NCBI GenBank assembly: GCA_965216875.1
Contig: OZ244207.1
Coordinates: 7,392,001-7,456,000 of the forward strand
Source of the DNA: Rubripirellula sp.
GTDB taxonomy: Bacteria; Planctomycetota; Planctomycetia; Pirellulales; Pirellulaceae
Length of the DNA: 64,000 nt
Direction: 5' to 3'
Shown here: positions 39,501 through 48,533 of the stretch, piece by piece
How positions within the stretch are numbered: the first letter of the stretch is position 1
How the letters are laid out: each line of letters starts with the position of its first letter
Notes under the pieces: model-generated
The model's database searches: none
Told to the model about the DNA's origin: nothing
Seen by the model: the letters and a program-made list of their open reading frames with translations, nothing else
Translations under genes and position numbers: made by a program

Positions 39501-41060
39501 ATGCTGACCTTCTTAGCCCTACTGACGACCTTTGTACTGCAGGACGACAGTGTTCCCGATATCAGTGGTGTTTGGACGGGTGAGGCCCCGTGGGGCCAGG
39601 TCACGTTGACCAAATCGGGGAACAAGCAGCTTGCTGGCGAGTTTGGCGAAGGCGGCTCGATTGAGCTTCGCTGGAATGACCAGCAATCTCGGTACACAGG
39701 CAATTGGACGATTGGTTCCAGGGGTGGTGACCTCTCGGTGCGAGTGATCGACAACGAGTTGCGGGGCGCCTACACCGACACGTCTGGCAGTGATTCGAAC
39801 TTGCCAACGCTTTCGGATTTCCTGTGGCGTGTTTCAAAGCCAGATCCGACAAGACTCTCGATGCAGATCGACGATCTTCCTCAGAGGGTGATCCACTTCG
39901 ATTCCTCAGCTCGCCATCGACTCGCCGTTTCACCTGATGGCAAGCTTGTGGCGATGTCGAATTCGCAGCCGACGCTGATAATGCAAGCCGGCGGTGTTAG
40001 CCGAGTGAAAGACAACTGGAAGCCCATCGCAGAATTGCGTGACGCAAAAAGTGGGGACTTGGTCGCGTCCCTCGAACTATCGACCGCCGAGGAACGCGCC
40101 GCGATCGCAACCACTCCTCGCGTCTCACATTTTCGCGTGACGGCCTTGGCCTTTTCCCCATCGGGGCGGCACGTTGCTGTCGGAACAAGCATTGGGCAGA
40201 TCAAAGTCTACAACACGAAAACGGGTGAATTGCTCCTCGCTTTAGATGATGAACTTGAGCGTTTGAAGGATGCGCAAACACCCGAACAGTGGCAGGTGAT
40301 TCGGCGTGCACTCGGATCCGTAAACAGTATCGCTTTCTCGCCCGACGGAACGAAAATCGCCGCATGTGGAACTTCCTTCGCTGACTTCTCTGAAGTCTTT
40401 CAAGCATTTGATCGCATGGGTATTTCAGCAACGGGACCTGGGCGATTGAAAGTTTGGGAAGCCGCAAATGGAGAGTTGATGCATGACTTGCCGGGACATT
40501 CTGCACATGTTCATTCAGTCGCATTCACCAAAGATGGGTTGCTTGCAAGTGGAGGAAGTTGGTTCGACCGACGTCGCAGCGGGACGGGGATGTTGCTTTG
40601 GGATGCCACAACCGGAAAGATGCAGCGAAGGTTCGACACGCGAGCCAATGGCGGTACTCATGCGTTGGCCGTTTCGCCTGACGGAAAACTTGCGGTGATT
40701 GGATCGGTTTCGTTTGACAAAAACAAAGACCGTGATGCAGCGAGCACGATGCTTCACATCGTTCGCACAGGTTCGGGGTTGCTCGAGTGGAACCGGAAAC
40801 TGCCGGGTTTTTTGCGAAACGTTCAGTTCACGCCTGATGGAAAGAATGTTCTTGTCCTCTCAAGTAAGAAAGGTCTCGAGAGTTATCGGATCGATAGCGG
40901 TGTGATGAACCGCGAGATCTCGAGTGAATCGACACCTTTTGGTGGATCGTGGATCTCGTTCGACGTTTTCGGCGATAGCAAGAATGCAACCGTCGCGATC
41001 AGTGCGAGTAGCGACGATCAAAAAGGTCGGGTCGAGTTCTGGCCGCTTACTTCAAAGTGA
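39501..41060 (+). CDS. Secreted WD40-repeat beta-propeller protein
   Basis: Repeated LAVSPDGK / LAFSPSG / IAFSPDG / FTPDGK and LKVWE / LLWD motifs. Confidence 0.85.
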   Translation: MLTFLALLTTFVLQDDSVPDISGVWTGEAPWGQVTLTKSGNKQLAGEFGEGGSIELRWNDQQSRYTGNWTIGSRGGDLSVRVIDNELRGAYTDTSGSDSNLPTLSDFLWRVSKPDPTRLSMQIDDLPQRVIHFDSSARHRLAVSPDGKLVAMSNSQPTLIMQAGGVSRVKDNWKPIAELRDAKSGDLVASLELSTAEERAAIATTPRVSHFRVTALAFSPSGRHVAVGTSIGQIKVYNTKTGELLLALDDELERLKDAQTPEQWQVIRRALGSVNSIAFSPDGTKIAACGTSFADFSEVFQAFDRMGISATGPGRLKVWEAANGELMHDLPGHSAHVHSVAFTKDGLLASGGSWFDRRRSGTGMLLWDATTGKMQRRFDTRANGGTHALAVSPDGKLAVIGSVSFDKNKDRDAASTMLHIVRTGSGLLEWNRKLPGFLRNVQFTPDGKNVLVLSSKKGLESYRIDSGVMNREISSESTPFGGSWISFDVFGDSKNATVAISASSDDQKGRVEFWPLTSK

Positions 41061-41157
41061 GCTGATAATCGGCTCAGAAGGTTGCGCGCCCGCGAAAGCC
41101 TCGTTGTGTGCCTAGGCAAATGGAAAAGCCTTAGGCGGCAAAAAGGAGGCGTCCGAA

Positions 41158-41262
41158 ATGCTCACCATCCTTATCATTTTGCTCTCAATCGTTGTGGCCA
41201 TCCTACTCGGCTGCTTCGCACTCAAGGCCCTCCTGATGTGGGACCAACGAGACGAATTGTAG
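41158..41262 (+). CDS. Small hydrophobic protein (34 aa), not in the ORF track
   Basis: AAGGAGG 8 nt upstream of the ATG; MLTILIILLSIVVAILLGCFALKALLMWDQRDEL. Confidence 0.6.
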   Translation: MLTILIILLSIVVAILLGCFALKALLMWDQRDEL

Positions 41263-41268
41263 GTCAAT

Positions 41269-41632
41269 GTAGGGTGTGCTTGCACGCACCACACAGCCAG
41301 TTTTCGTGAGCCGAACGCGCTAGCGTCGGGCCTTTCACCCTCGTAGCTACGCTCGCCAGAGCGTGGGGTGATGGGAAGCTGCCCAACATGTGGACCACCT
41401 TCTGGCGAAGGTAGCTACGGCCTGAATAGGGACGCGGAGCGTCCGAGAGTACGTTACCACGCGGAGCGTGGTAACGAGGTTGTTTGCTTTGTGAGCCGAA
41501 CGTGCTAGCGTCGGGCCTCGCACCTTCGTTGCTACGCTCGCCAGGGCGTGGGGTGACGGCGAGCTGCCCAACATTGTGGACCATCTTCTGGCGAAGGTAG
41601 CTACGGCCTGAATAGGGACGCGGAGCGTCCGA
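41269..41632. repeat. BIME-like REP mosaic with a ~141-bp direct duplication (41306-41446 and 41491-41632)
   Basis: Two near-identical composite units separated by the gttaccacgcggagcgtggtaac palindrome; preceded by gtagggtgtgcttgcacgcacc. Confidence 0.9.
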
Positions 41633-41648
41633 AGCGTGCGCGATACCT

Positions 41649-43052
41649 CTAGGCGATGACTTCTTCGACCACTCGCCCGTGCACATCGGTCAGGCGGAAG
41701 TCGCGGCCCGCGTAACGATAGGTTAGTTGCTTGTGATCGAGCCCCATCATATGCAGCACCGTTGCATGCAGGTCGTGTAGATGCACGCGGCCTTCGACCG
41801 CTTTGTAGCCGAGTTCGTCGGTGGCACCATGCTGGAAACCACCTCGCGCTCCACCACCGGCAAGCCACATGGTGTAACCATTGGGATTGTGGTCGCGACC
41901 ATCGAGGTCTTTCTTGGCGGTGTCTGGTGTTCGTCCGAATTCGCCACCCCAAAGGACAAGTGTGCGGTCGAGTAACCCGCGTCGCCGCAGGTCGGTCAGT
42001 AGTGCCGCGACGGGTTTATCGGTCGCTGCCGCACGGGCGTTGTGGCCTTTTACCAAGCCGCTGTGCTGATCCCAAAACTCATCACAAAGCTCAATGTGAC
42101 GCACGCCAGCTTCGACCATGCGACGAGCGAGCAAACATTGCCGACCGAAATTGTCGGACGGCTTTCCATCGCCGATGCCATAAAGTTCGAGTGTTTCTGC
42201 CGTTTCTTTCGACAGGTCCATGACGTCAGGCAATTCCGACTGCATGCGAAAGCCAAGTTCGTAGGAGTCGATCACGGCGTCGACGTCAGCGACATCATCA
42301 CCACTTGCTTCGGCTGCGTAGTCAGCATTGAGTTGCTGCAAGAGGTCAAGTTGTTTTCGCTGTTGCTTGCGCGTGAGGTTGGGGTTAGCGAGGTTTCCGA
42401 CTTTTGCTTTGCGAACCGGTGTTTTGATGTCACCAATGGCCGTCCCTTGATAGACCGCTGGCAAGAAAGCCGATCCGTAGTTCTTGGCACCGCCGTTGAT
42501 CACAGGCGGACTGATGCTGATGAAACCAGGTAGGTTTTGGTTTTCGGTTCCCAATCCATACAGCAGCCACGATCCCATGGAGGGGCGCGTGAAAGTGAAC
42601 GAACCGGTGTGCAGTTGCAACATCGCTGGTGTGTGATTGCCGATGTCGGTGTGCATTCCCGAGAGAACGCAAAGTTCATCGGCAAGTTCGGCGGTGTGCT
42701 TGAATAGGTCCGATACCCACAAACCGCTTTCACCGCGTTGCTTCCACTTCCAGTGGGAAGGCGTTAGCTTTCGACCCTTCTTCGTTCCTGCCTTGGAACC
42801 ATCTTTGTTGGCCTGTATGTCGAGTTCCGGCTTGCGCTCATACGACTCCATTGCCGACGGGCCGCCGCGCATGTGCAAGAAGATCAAGTGGTCGGCCGAG
42901 GCCGGATGGTGTGGCTGTTTCGGCTGCAACAAACCCTCCGACTGGCCAATGCTACTTTCAGCAGCGGTGGCCGATCGATGCAGATCCATGAGCGCCAGTG
43001 AACCGAAACCGCATGTCGCGGAATGCAGCATTTGTCTTCGAGTGAAAAACAT
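41649..43052 (-). CDS. DUF1501 domain protein (Tat-type signal)
   Basis: TRRQML, GGPS, RPSMGSW..YGLGTEN, FGRQCLLARR, GEFGRTP, GRDH, DLHAT, RLTDVHG. Confidence 0.93.
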   Translation of the reverse strand: MFFTRRQMLHSATCGFGSLALMDLHRSATAAESSIGQSEGLLQPKQPHHPASADHLIFLHMRGGPSAMESYERKPELDIQANKDGSKAGTKKGRKLTPSHWKWKQRGESGLWVSDLFKHTAELADELCVLSGMHTDIGNHTPAMLQLHTGSFTFTRPSMGSWLLYGLGTENQNLPGFISISPPVINGGAKNYGSAFLPAVYQGTAIGDIKTPVRKAKVGNLANPNLTRKQQRKQLDLLQQLNADYAAEASGDDVADVDAVIDSYELGFRMQSELPDVMDLSKETAETLELYGIGDGKPSDNFGRQCLLARRMVEAGVRHIELCDEFWDQHSGLVKGHNARAAATDKPVAALLTDLRRRGLLDRTLVLWGGEFGRTPDTAKKDLDGRDHNPNGYTMWLAGGGARGGFQHGATDELGYKAVEGRVHLHDLHATVLHMMGLDHKQLTYRYAGRDFRLTDVHGRVVEEVIA

Positions 43053-43099
43053 CGTGGTGGCTTTCGATGTGTGGAGCTTTCGAGGGGAACGCGTGTTGC

Positions 43100-45601
43100 T
43101 TAGTCGATGAAACGGAACCGAGCGCTGGCAATCAGCGTCTGACAGTAGGTTGCCAATGCAAAGTGACTGGTGTCGGCCTTGTCCGTCGTCGATTGGGCGA
43201 GTTGGTCAATGAACGTCATTGCGCGGTCAACTTCTGCGTCGCTCGGAGCTGATCCAAAGCAACGCTGATAGGCCATCGCGGCTCGATCGCGTTGTGACGC
43301 AAGGGTTGGGTCATCGATCAACCCGCGGGCAAATTGATCCGCCACTCGCAGAGCGAACTTTCCGTTCATCAGATAGAGCGATTGTGTCGGGGTCGTGTTA
43401 CTGTCACGCAGACCCTGGACGTTGGATGGTTCTGGGAAATCAAAGAGCTGGAGCTCTTCGGGGATGATGCCGCGGATGATTGGTAGGTAAACACTGCGGT
43501 GGTTAAAAGGCTTGTCGAGCACACTCGTGTTGATGTTACGCCCGACTTCACCTTCGCCAATCTCCATCACCAGCGAACCGTCGAGTGGTTGGAGGTCGAG
43601 CGAGCCGCTCACCGCGAGCATCGAGTCCCGCATCTGCTCGGCATCAAGCCGTCGACGTGGCATCCGCCAACGCAAACGGTTATCAGGATCGGCCTGATAG
43701 GCGTCGTCGTTCATCGCGCTCGACATGCGATAGGTTCGTGAGAGGACCAGTTCGCGGATCATTGATTTGGTCGACCACTGATGTTCCTTCACGAACCGGC
43801 TGGATAGATGGTCAAGCAATTCGGGGTGCGAGGGTGTGTCGCCGGTCGAGCCAAAGTTATCTACAGTCGCGACGATCCCGCTGCCCATGAGGTGCTGCCA
43901 AATGCGATTGACGGCGACTCGGGGCGTCAGCGGATTCGAAGGGTGAGTGAGCCAGTGCGCCAATTGTCGTCGGCCGCTTTCGCTGTTGTCGATCACGCCA
44001 CACTCGGATGCCACGTCGGCAAACGGTTCCATTTGAGTCAGGAATCCGCGCGGTGAGACCTCTCCGGCTTGTCCCTTTTCACCACGGATCAATACCTTGG
44101 CATCGGTCACCTTTTTGGCATCACGAACGCCCAACGCATAGTCAGGCTCAGGCCCGAGCGATTGCTTGGCTTTCTCTAAGTCGGCCAAACGTTTGTCGAG
44201 GACTTTGCATGCGCCTTGGAATTGGCGAACGAGCTTTGCGTCGGCAGGCTTGAGGTCTTCGGCAAGTTCTTTCTCGGGGTCTTTGCGATAGGCAACGGGG
44301 ACTTTCGATTCGAGTGTCTTGATGCGTTTGCGACTGGAATTGACCTGTTTGCTGAGTTGATCGACTTGCTTTTGCGATTTTTCCAGTGCCTTCGCTTCAT
44401 CGCTCGACAACTCTTGTCCGAGTGTCAAATAGGCAGCCGAGCGTTGCGCAGCCGACTTCGGCCGGTTGATGCTGCCGCCGTAGCGTGTGTCCGTGCTCAG
44501 AAAGAATCCGGCGAGCGAATAGTAGTCTTTGGTCGGAATCGGATCGAACTTGTGGTCATGACAGCGAGCACACGAAACGGTCAAACCTAAAACCGATTTG
44601 CTGACGACATCAATCTGATCGTCGATCACGTCATACACCAAGTTGCCGCCGTTGAGCGACTTGGAACCGATCGCGAGCAATCCGGTTGCGACGGTCAATC
44701 GATCACGTTGCTGGTCGCTGTCCGCCTCAAGCAAATCGCCAGCAATCTGCTCGGTGACAAATCGGTCGAAAGGAACATCGCGGTTGAAGGCGTCGATGAC
44801 GTAGTCGCGATAACGCCAGGCGTACAACATCAACACATCACGGCTGCTTCCTGCCGATTCGCCGTAGCGGGCAACATCGAGCCAATGACGTCCCCAACGC
44901 TCACCGAACTGTGGTGATTGCAGCAGACGATCAACAATCGTTTGCAGCTTCTCGTCGGTAGGATTCGTACGGTACTCGTCAACTTGTTCCGCCGTCGGTG
45001 GCAAGCCAACGAGGTCATAGTAGACCCGTCGAATCAATGTTTTGGCATCGGCGTCGGCGTTCGGAGCCAACTGATGCTCGGCAAGTTTCGAAAAGACAAA
45101 CCGATCGACATCGCTTTTTGACCACGAGTCGTTGTTCGATTGGGGAACTTCTGGTTCGGCAATCGGTTTGAACGACCAAAGGTCAACTGGCGTTTCCGCT
45201 TCGTCCTCGGTCGGCATCGACGTCTTTTTCTTGCGTGGGTCAGGTGCACCCAAGGTAATCCAGCGACGAAACGCTGCGATCACATCATCCGGCATCTTCT
45301 CGTCCGGCGGCATTTCCAAGTCGCGGTATTCGATTGCCCGCATGAGCAGGCTGTCGCGTGGCTTGCCGGGCACAAGGGATGGCCCCGTTTCGCCGCCGGC
45401 CAGAACGGCGGCTCGCGAATCGAGCAACAGTTCGCCACCGATGTCATCGGAATCGACTGCGTGACATTCGTAGCAGTATCGAATCAGTGCGGGGCGAATT
45501 TTCTTTTCAAAGAGATCGAGGCCGGCTCGGTTTTTGGGAGCTTGAGCCAGCGAGGGAGTCGCCAAGAGAAACAGGCAAATCAGGGTTCCAAAACGCTGCA
45601 T
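43100..45601 (-). CDS. Planctomycete cytochrome c / DUF1549 / DUF1553 (PSD1) protein
   Basis: CYECH, FGERWGRHWLDVARY, CARCHDHKFDPI, NRIWQHLMG, PSHPELLD. Confidence 0.93.
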   Translation of the reverse strand: MQRFGTLICLFLLATPSLAQAPKNRAGLDLFEKKIRPALIRYCYECHAVDSDDIGGELLLDSRAAVLAGGETGPSLVPGKPRDSLLMRAIEYRDLEMPPDEKMPDDVIAAFRRWITLGAPDPRKKKTSMPTEDEAETPVDLWSFKPIAEPEVPQSNNDSWSKSDVDRFVFSKLAEHQLAPNADADAKTLIRRVYYDLVGLPPTAEQVDEYRTNPTDEKLQTIVDRLLQSPQFGERWGRHWLDVARYGESAGSSRDVLMLYAWRYRDYVIDAFNRDVPFDRFVTEQIAGDLLEADSDQQRDRLTVATGLLAIGSKSLNGGNLVYDVIDDQIDVVSKSVLGLTVSCARCHDHKFDPIPTKDYYSLAGFFLSTDTRYGGSINRPKSAAQRSAAYLTLGQELSSDEAKALEKSQKQVDQLSKQVNSSRKRIKTLESKVPVAYRKDPEKELAEDLKPADAKLVRQFQGACKVLDKRLADLEKAKQSLGPEPDYALGVRDAKKVTDAKVLIRGEKGQAGEVSPRGFLTQMEPFADVASECGVIDNSESGRRQLAHWLTHPSNPLTPRVAVNRIWQHLMGSGIVATVDNFGSTGDTPSHPELLDHLSSRFVKEHQWSTKSMIRELVLSRTYRMSSAMNDDAYQADPDNRLRWRMPRRRLDAEQMRDSMLAVSGSLDLQPLDGSLVMEIGEGEVGRNINTSVLDKPFNHRSVYLPIIRGIIPEELQLFDFPEPSNVQGLRDSNTTPTQSLYLMNGKFALRVADQFARGLIDDPTLASQRDRAAMAYQRCFGSAPSDAEVDRAMTFIDQLAQSTTDKADTSHFALATYCQTLIASARFRFID

Positions 45602-45760
45602 GATGTGGTGGCTGCGAGCGGGAGGGAGGGCCACGAAATGAATCGCGACGGAAGGTGGGAGGGGACCGCGGACGTTGAAGACCAAAATCACCGCCACCAT
45701 GATACTCCGAATCGCAGAACCACGGCAATTCAGAGAATTCGAATGTCGCCTTTCGCTTTG

Positions 45761-45932
45761 TTCGTAGTCCCGCCTTTAGGCGGAATGCGAGAAGATTCCG
45801 GCTAAAGCTCGGTACTACGAGCAAAGTGACAAGGCTCGGTACTACGAGCAAAGTGACAAAGCTCGGTACATCAAATCTGAAGGCCCGACGCTAGCGCGTT
45901 CGGCGCACACTCGCCGCTCTGGCGAGCGTGGC
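45761..45932. repeat. REP cluster with a 27-bp tandem repeat (45804-45869)
   Basis: aa(a/g)gctcggtactacgagcaaagtgac twice plus a partial copy; flanked by other REP families. Confidence 0.85.
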
Positions 45933-45988
45933 AATGGAAAACGATTGCCGGATCTGCGTCGCTGTCGCTCTTTGATCCGGCCTACTGC

Positions 45989-47593
45989 TCAGCTGTCGAT
46001 TTCGACTCGCTCGCCTTGATCGTCGCGGCAATCCATTTCGAGGTGCTCGGGGAACAGCCCTTCGCTGCCGAGGATTTGGACGGTCATGCCGCCGGCATCT
46101 TCCATTTCCATGACTTCGCGACGTTTCTTGTTGTTCAAGTGAGCGGCGACGGCATCGTTGACGCGAACAGTTACCCGTTTGATGTGCTCGTTCTTGACGG
46201 CAAGCGCGAGCATGCGCACGACCTCGATCGACATGCTCTCGGCTGTCTTGACCAGGCCACGGCCGTCGCAACAGGGGCAATCTCGATAGATGCTGCGTTT
46301 CAGGCTCGGGCGAATCCGTTGACGAGTCATTTCGATCAACCCAAACGGGCTGGTGCGCAAAATCTTGGTGCGGGCGCGATCGTTGGCCATTGCATCGCGC
46401 AGAGCTCGTTCGACTTTGCGGCGATGGCTCTCTTTTCGCATGTCGATAAAGTCGTTGACGATCACACCACCGAGGTCACGCAGGCGTAGTTGCCGCGCGA
46501 TTTCTTTGGCGGCAGCCAGATTCAAACGAAACGCGTTTTCCTCGGCAGAGTCATTGCCACGGAAGTTTCCGCTGTTGACGTCGATCGCAACCAAGGCCTC
46601 GGTCGGGTCGATCACAATCGAACCGCCATCTTTCAAGTGAACTTGGCGTTGGTTGATCTTGATGATCTCATCTTCGAGCTTGTACTTGTGGAACAGCGGT
46701 TCGCGTCCGTCATACAGTTTCAAGCGATCGACGACTCGTGGCATCACCATCTTGAGGAAGTCGCGCGCTTTATCGTACGACTCTTGTTCGTCGATCAAGA
46801 TGTGATCGATGTCGTCACTGAAGATATCGCGAATCGTGCGAATGATCAGATCACTTTCTTCGTAGATCACGCCGGGTTGACTCGAACTCTTGACGCGGCG
46901 CACGATTGCTTTCCAAAGCCGCAACAAGTATTCCATGTCGCGTTGCAGTGCGGCTTCTTTGCGACCCGCACCCGCTGTTCGAACGATAAAGCCGAGGCCC
47001 TTTGGCGGGTTGAGCGAAAGCAGGCACCGCTTGAGTCGCTTGCGATCGTCTTCGTCTTCGATTTTTCGGCTCACGCCCACACGCGCAAGGGCAGGCATGA
47101 GGACCAGGTAGCGACCGGGGATCGAGATGTACGTGCTGAGGGTTGGCCCTTTGGTTCCAATCCCTTCTTTGATCACTTGAACGAGGACTTCGTCGCCACG
47201 TTTGAAGATTTCTTGGATGGGCGGTTTGACGCGAGGACGGCCACCTTTGAAGGCTCGCTTTCCACCACGTCCCGATTCACGTGCGCGCCGAGCGGCTGCT
47301 TCGGCCAGCTCATCGGACTCGCGCATGATCTCTTCGGGATCGTAGCCGCCTTGGCGAAAGTACTGGGGTTCAACGTCGCTGATATGAAGGAAACCGTTGC
47401 GTCCGACGCCAAAATCGACAAACGCTGCTTGAATACTTGGTTCGAGGTTAACAACCTTTCCGCGATAAATGTTTCCTGCGAACGCCTCGACACTTTTGCG
47501 TTCGATGTACAGCTCTTCAAGCTGCCGATCTTCCAATACGGCGATGCGGCTCTCTTCGGGCTGCAGCACGTTGATCAACATTTCTTTCTTCAT
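45989..47593 (-). CDS. Rne/Rng family ribonuclease (RNase E/G)
   Basis: GNIYRGKV, AAFVDFG, AIDVNSG, IARQLRLRDLGGVIVNDFIDM, GLIEMTRQR. Confidence 0.95.
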   Translation of the reverse strand: MKKEMLINVLQPEESRIAVLEDRQLEELYIERKSVEAFAGNIYRGKVVNLEPSIQAAFVDFGVGRNGFLHISDVEPQYFRQGGYDPEEIMRESDELAEAAARRARESGRGGKRAFKGGRPRVKPPIQEIFKRGDEVLVQVIKEGIGTKGPTLSTYISIPGRYLVLMPALARVGVSRKIEDEDDRKRLKRCLLSLNPPKGLGFIVRTAGAGRKEAALQRDMEYLLRLWKAIVRRVKSSSQPGVIYEESDLIIRTIRDIFSDDIDHILIDEQESYDKARDFLKMVMPRVVDRLKLYDGREPLFHKYKLEDEIIKINQRQVHLKDGGSIVIDPTEALVAIDVNSGNFRGNDSAEENAFRLNLAAAKEIARQLRLRDLGGVIVNDFIDMRKESHRRKVERALRDAMANDRARTKILRTSPFGLIEMTRQRIRPSLKRSIYRDCPCCDGRGLVKTAESMSIEVVRMLALAVKNEHIKRVTVRVNDAVAAHLNNKKRREVMEMEDAGGMTVQILGSEGLFPEHLEMDCRDDQGERVEIDS

Positions 47594-47692
47594 GAAAATT
47601 CACCTCTTCCGGGTGTTGGGCCAGCTTAATACGCCCCGATCGAGGCGGTATGGACGCTGGCGTGTCTAATGTTCGGTGTGGCTGAGCGATCA

Positions 47693-48478
47693 TCAGCGAG
47701 CTCCTTCGTTTTCGGAGTTGGCCGTGGACTCAGCGGCAATGGCAAAGCAACTTGAATCGTCGGTTTCGAATTCGCGTTGCAAAATGACTTTTGTGCGAGT
47801 GATGGCGGCGCCTTGTTCGATCCAGTCGCTGAATCCGAGGACGTCCAAGACATCCCCCGGTCGCAGCGAAGCGCCTTCGGTGTTGGCAAGCGTTAGCAGA
47901 AGGTTGTCGCCATCCATTTCGAGTCGCGGGATTTGCTCGGCGACATTGGCAGTGATCGTCTTGCCTTTTCGTTCGACCTCGACGGCCTCTTTGGCGAGCA
48001 GCGTTTCGACTGCGGTTTGAACGAGTTGGTGATCCGATTCGGGGATCGAGATTCGATAGTCACTCTTGGCAAGCTGCGCTTTGCCAAACCGCTCAGGCAA
48101 TTGATGGACGCTCTTGATTGCCAAACCAGGCTGGTCGTCTTGTGCCAGTCGTTCAAAAAGCTCTTGAGCCGAGAGTTCTTCGGCCAGTTCGAGTTCGACC
48201 ACTTCGTCAAAGCTCTCGACGCCCAATGCCAACGCCGAGGGAAAGGCGATGCGAGGCTTCGGGTGAAACCCTTCGGTCATCGACAATTTCAAGGCCGCAC
48301 GACGCACCAAGCGTTCCCACAGTCGCGCCAAATCACGATGGCTGGTCCACTTCAACAAGTCGGTCTTCGCGAATCGAACCCGATAGCGGATGCGAATCGG
48401 TGCCGGTGCCGGCTCTGCTGCGGTTTGTTCCGCGGCAGCCTGTTCGGGCTCAGTTGACGAAGTATCGGGGACGGACAT
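47693..48478 (-). CDS. TIGR03936/DUF2344 radical-SAM-associated protein
   Basis: RYRVRFAK...SHRDL...GFHPKPRIAF..ALALGVES. Confidence 0.88.
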   Translation of the reverse strand: MSVPDTSSTEPEQAAAEQTAAEPAPAPIRIRYRVRFAKTDLLKWTSHRDLARLWERLVRRAALKLSMTEGFHPKPRIAFPSALALGVESFDEVVELELAEELSAQELFERLAQDDQPGLAIKSVHQLPERFGKAQLAKSDYRISIPESDHQLVQTAVETLLAKEAVEVERKGKTITANVAEQIPRLEMDGDNLLLTLANTEGASLRPGDVLDVLGFSDWIEQGAAITRTKVILQREFETDDSSCFAIAAESTANSENEGAR

Positions 48479-48533
48479 GAAATGAATTGCGCGGTGGGTT
48501 TAAGAAGAGAGACAGTGGTTAAAACGCTTGCTC

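Noticed and set aside
41065..41150. Possible c-di-GMP-I riboswitch (GGCAAA/GAAA words)
   Set aside because: The motif order and P1/P2 stems do not fit the consensus as far as I can see.
41269..41632. Possible CRISPR array (also 45804-45869 and 54815-54903)
   Set aside because: No constant repeat with unique equal-length spacers, the units match dispersed REP families, and there are no cas genes.
41649..45601. DUF1501 plus DUF1549/DUF1553 pair as a novel system
   Set aside because: Function is unknown, but this is a well-known, highly paralogous planctomycete gene pair with nothing unusual in this copy.
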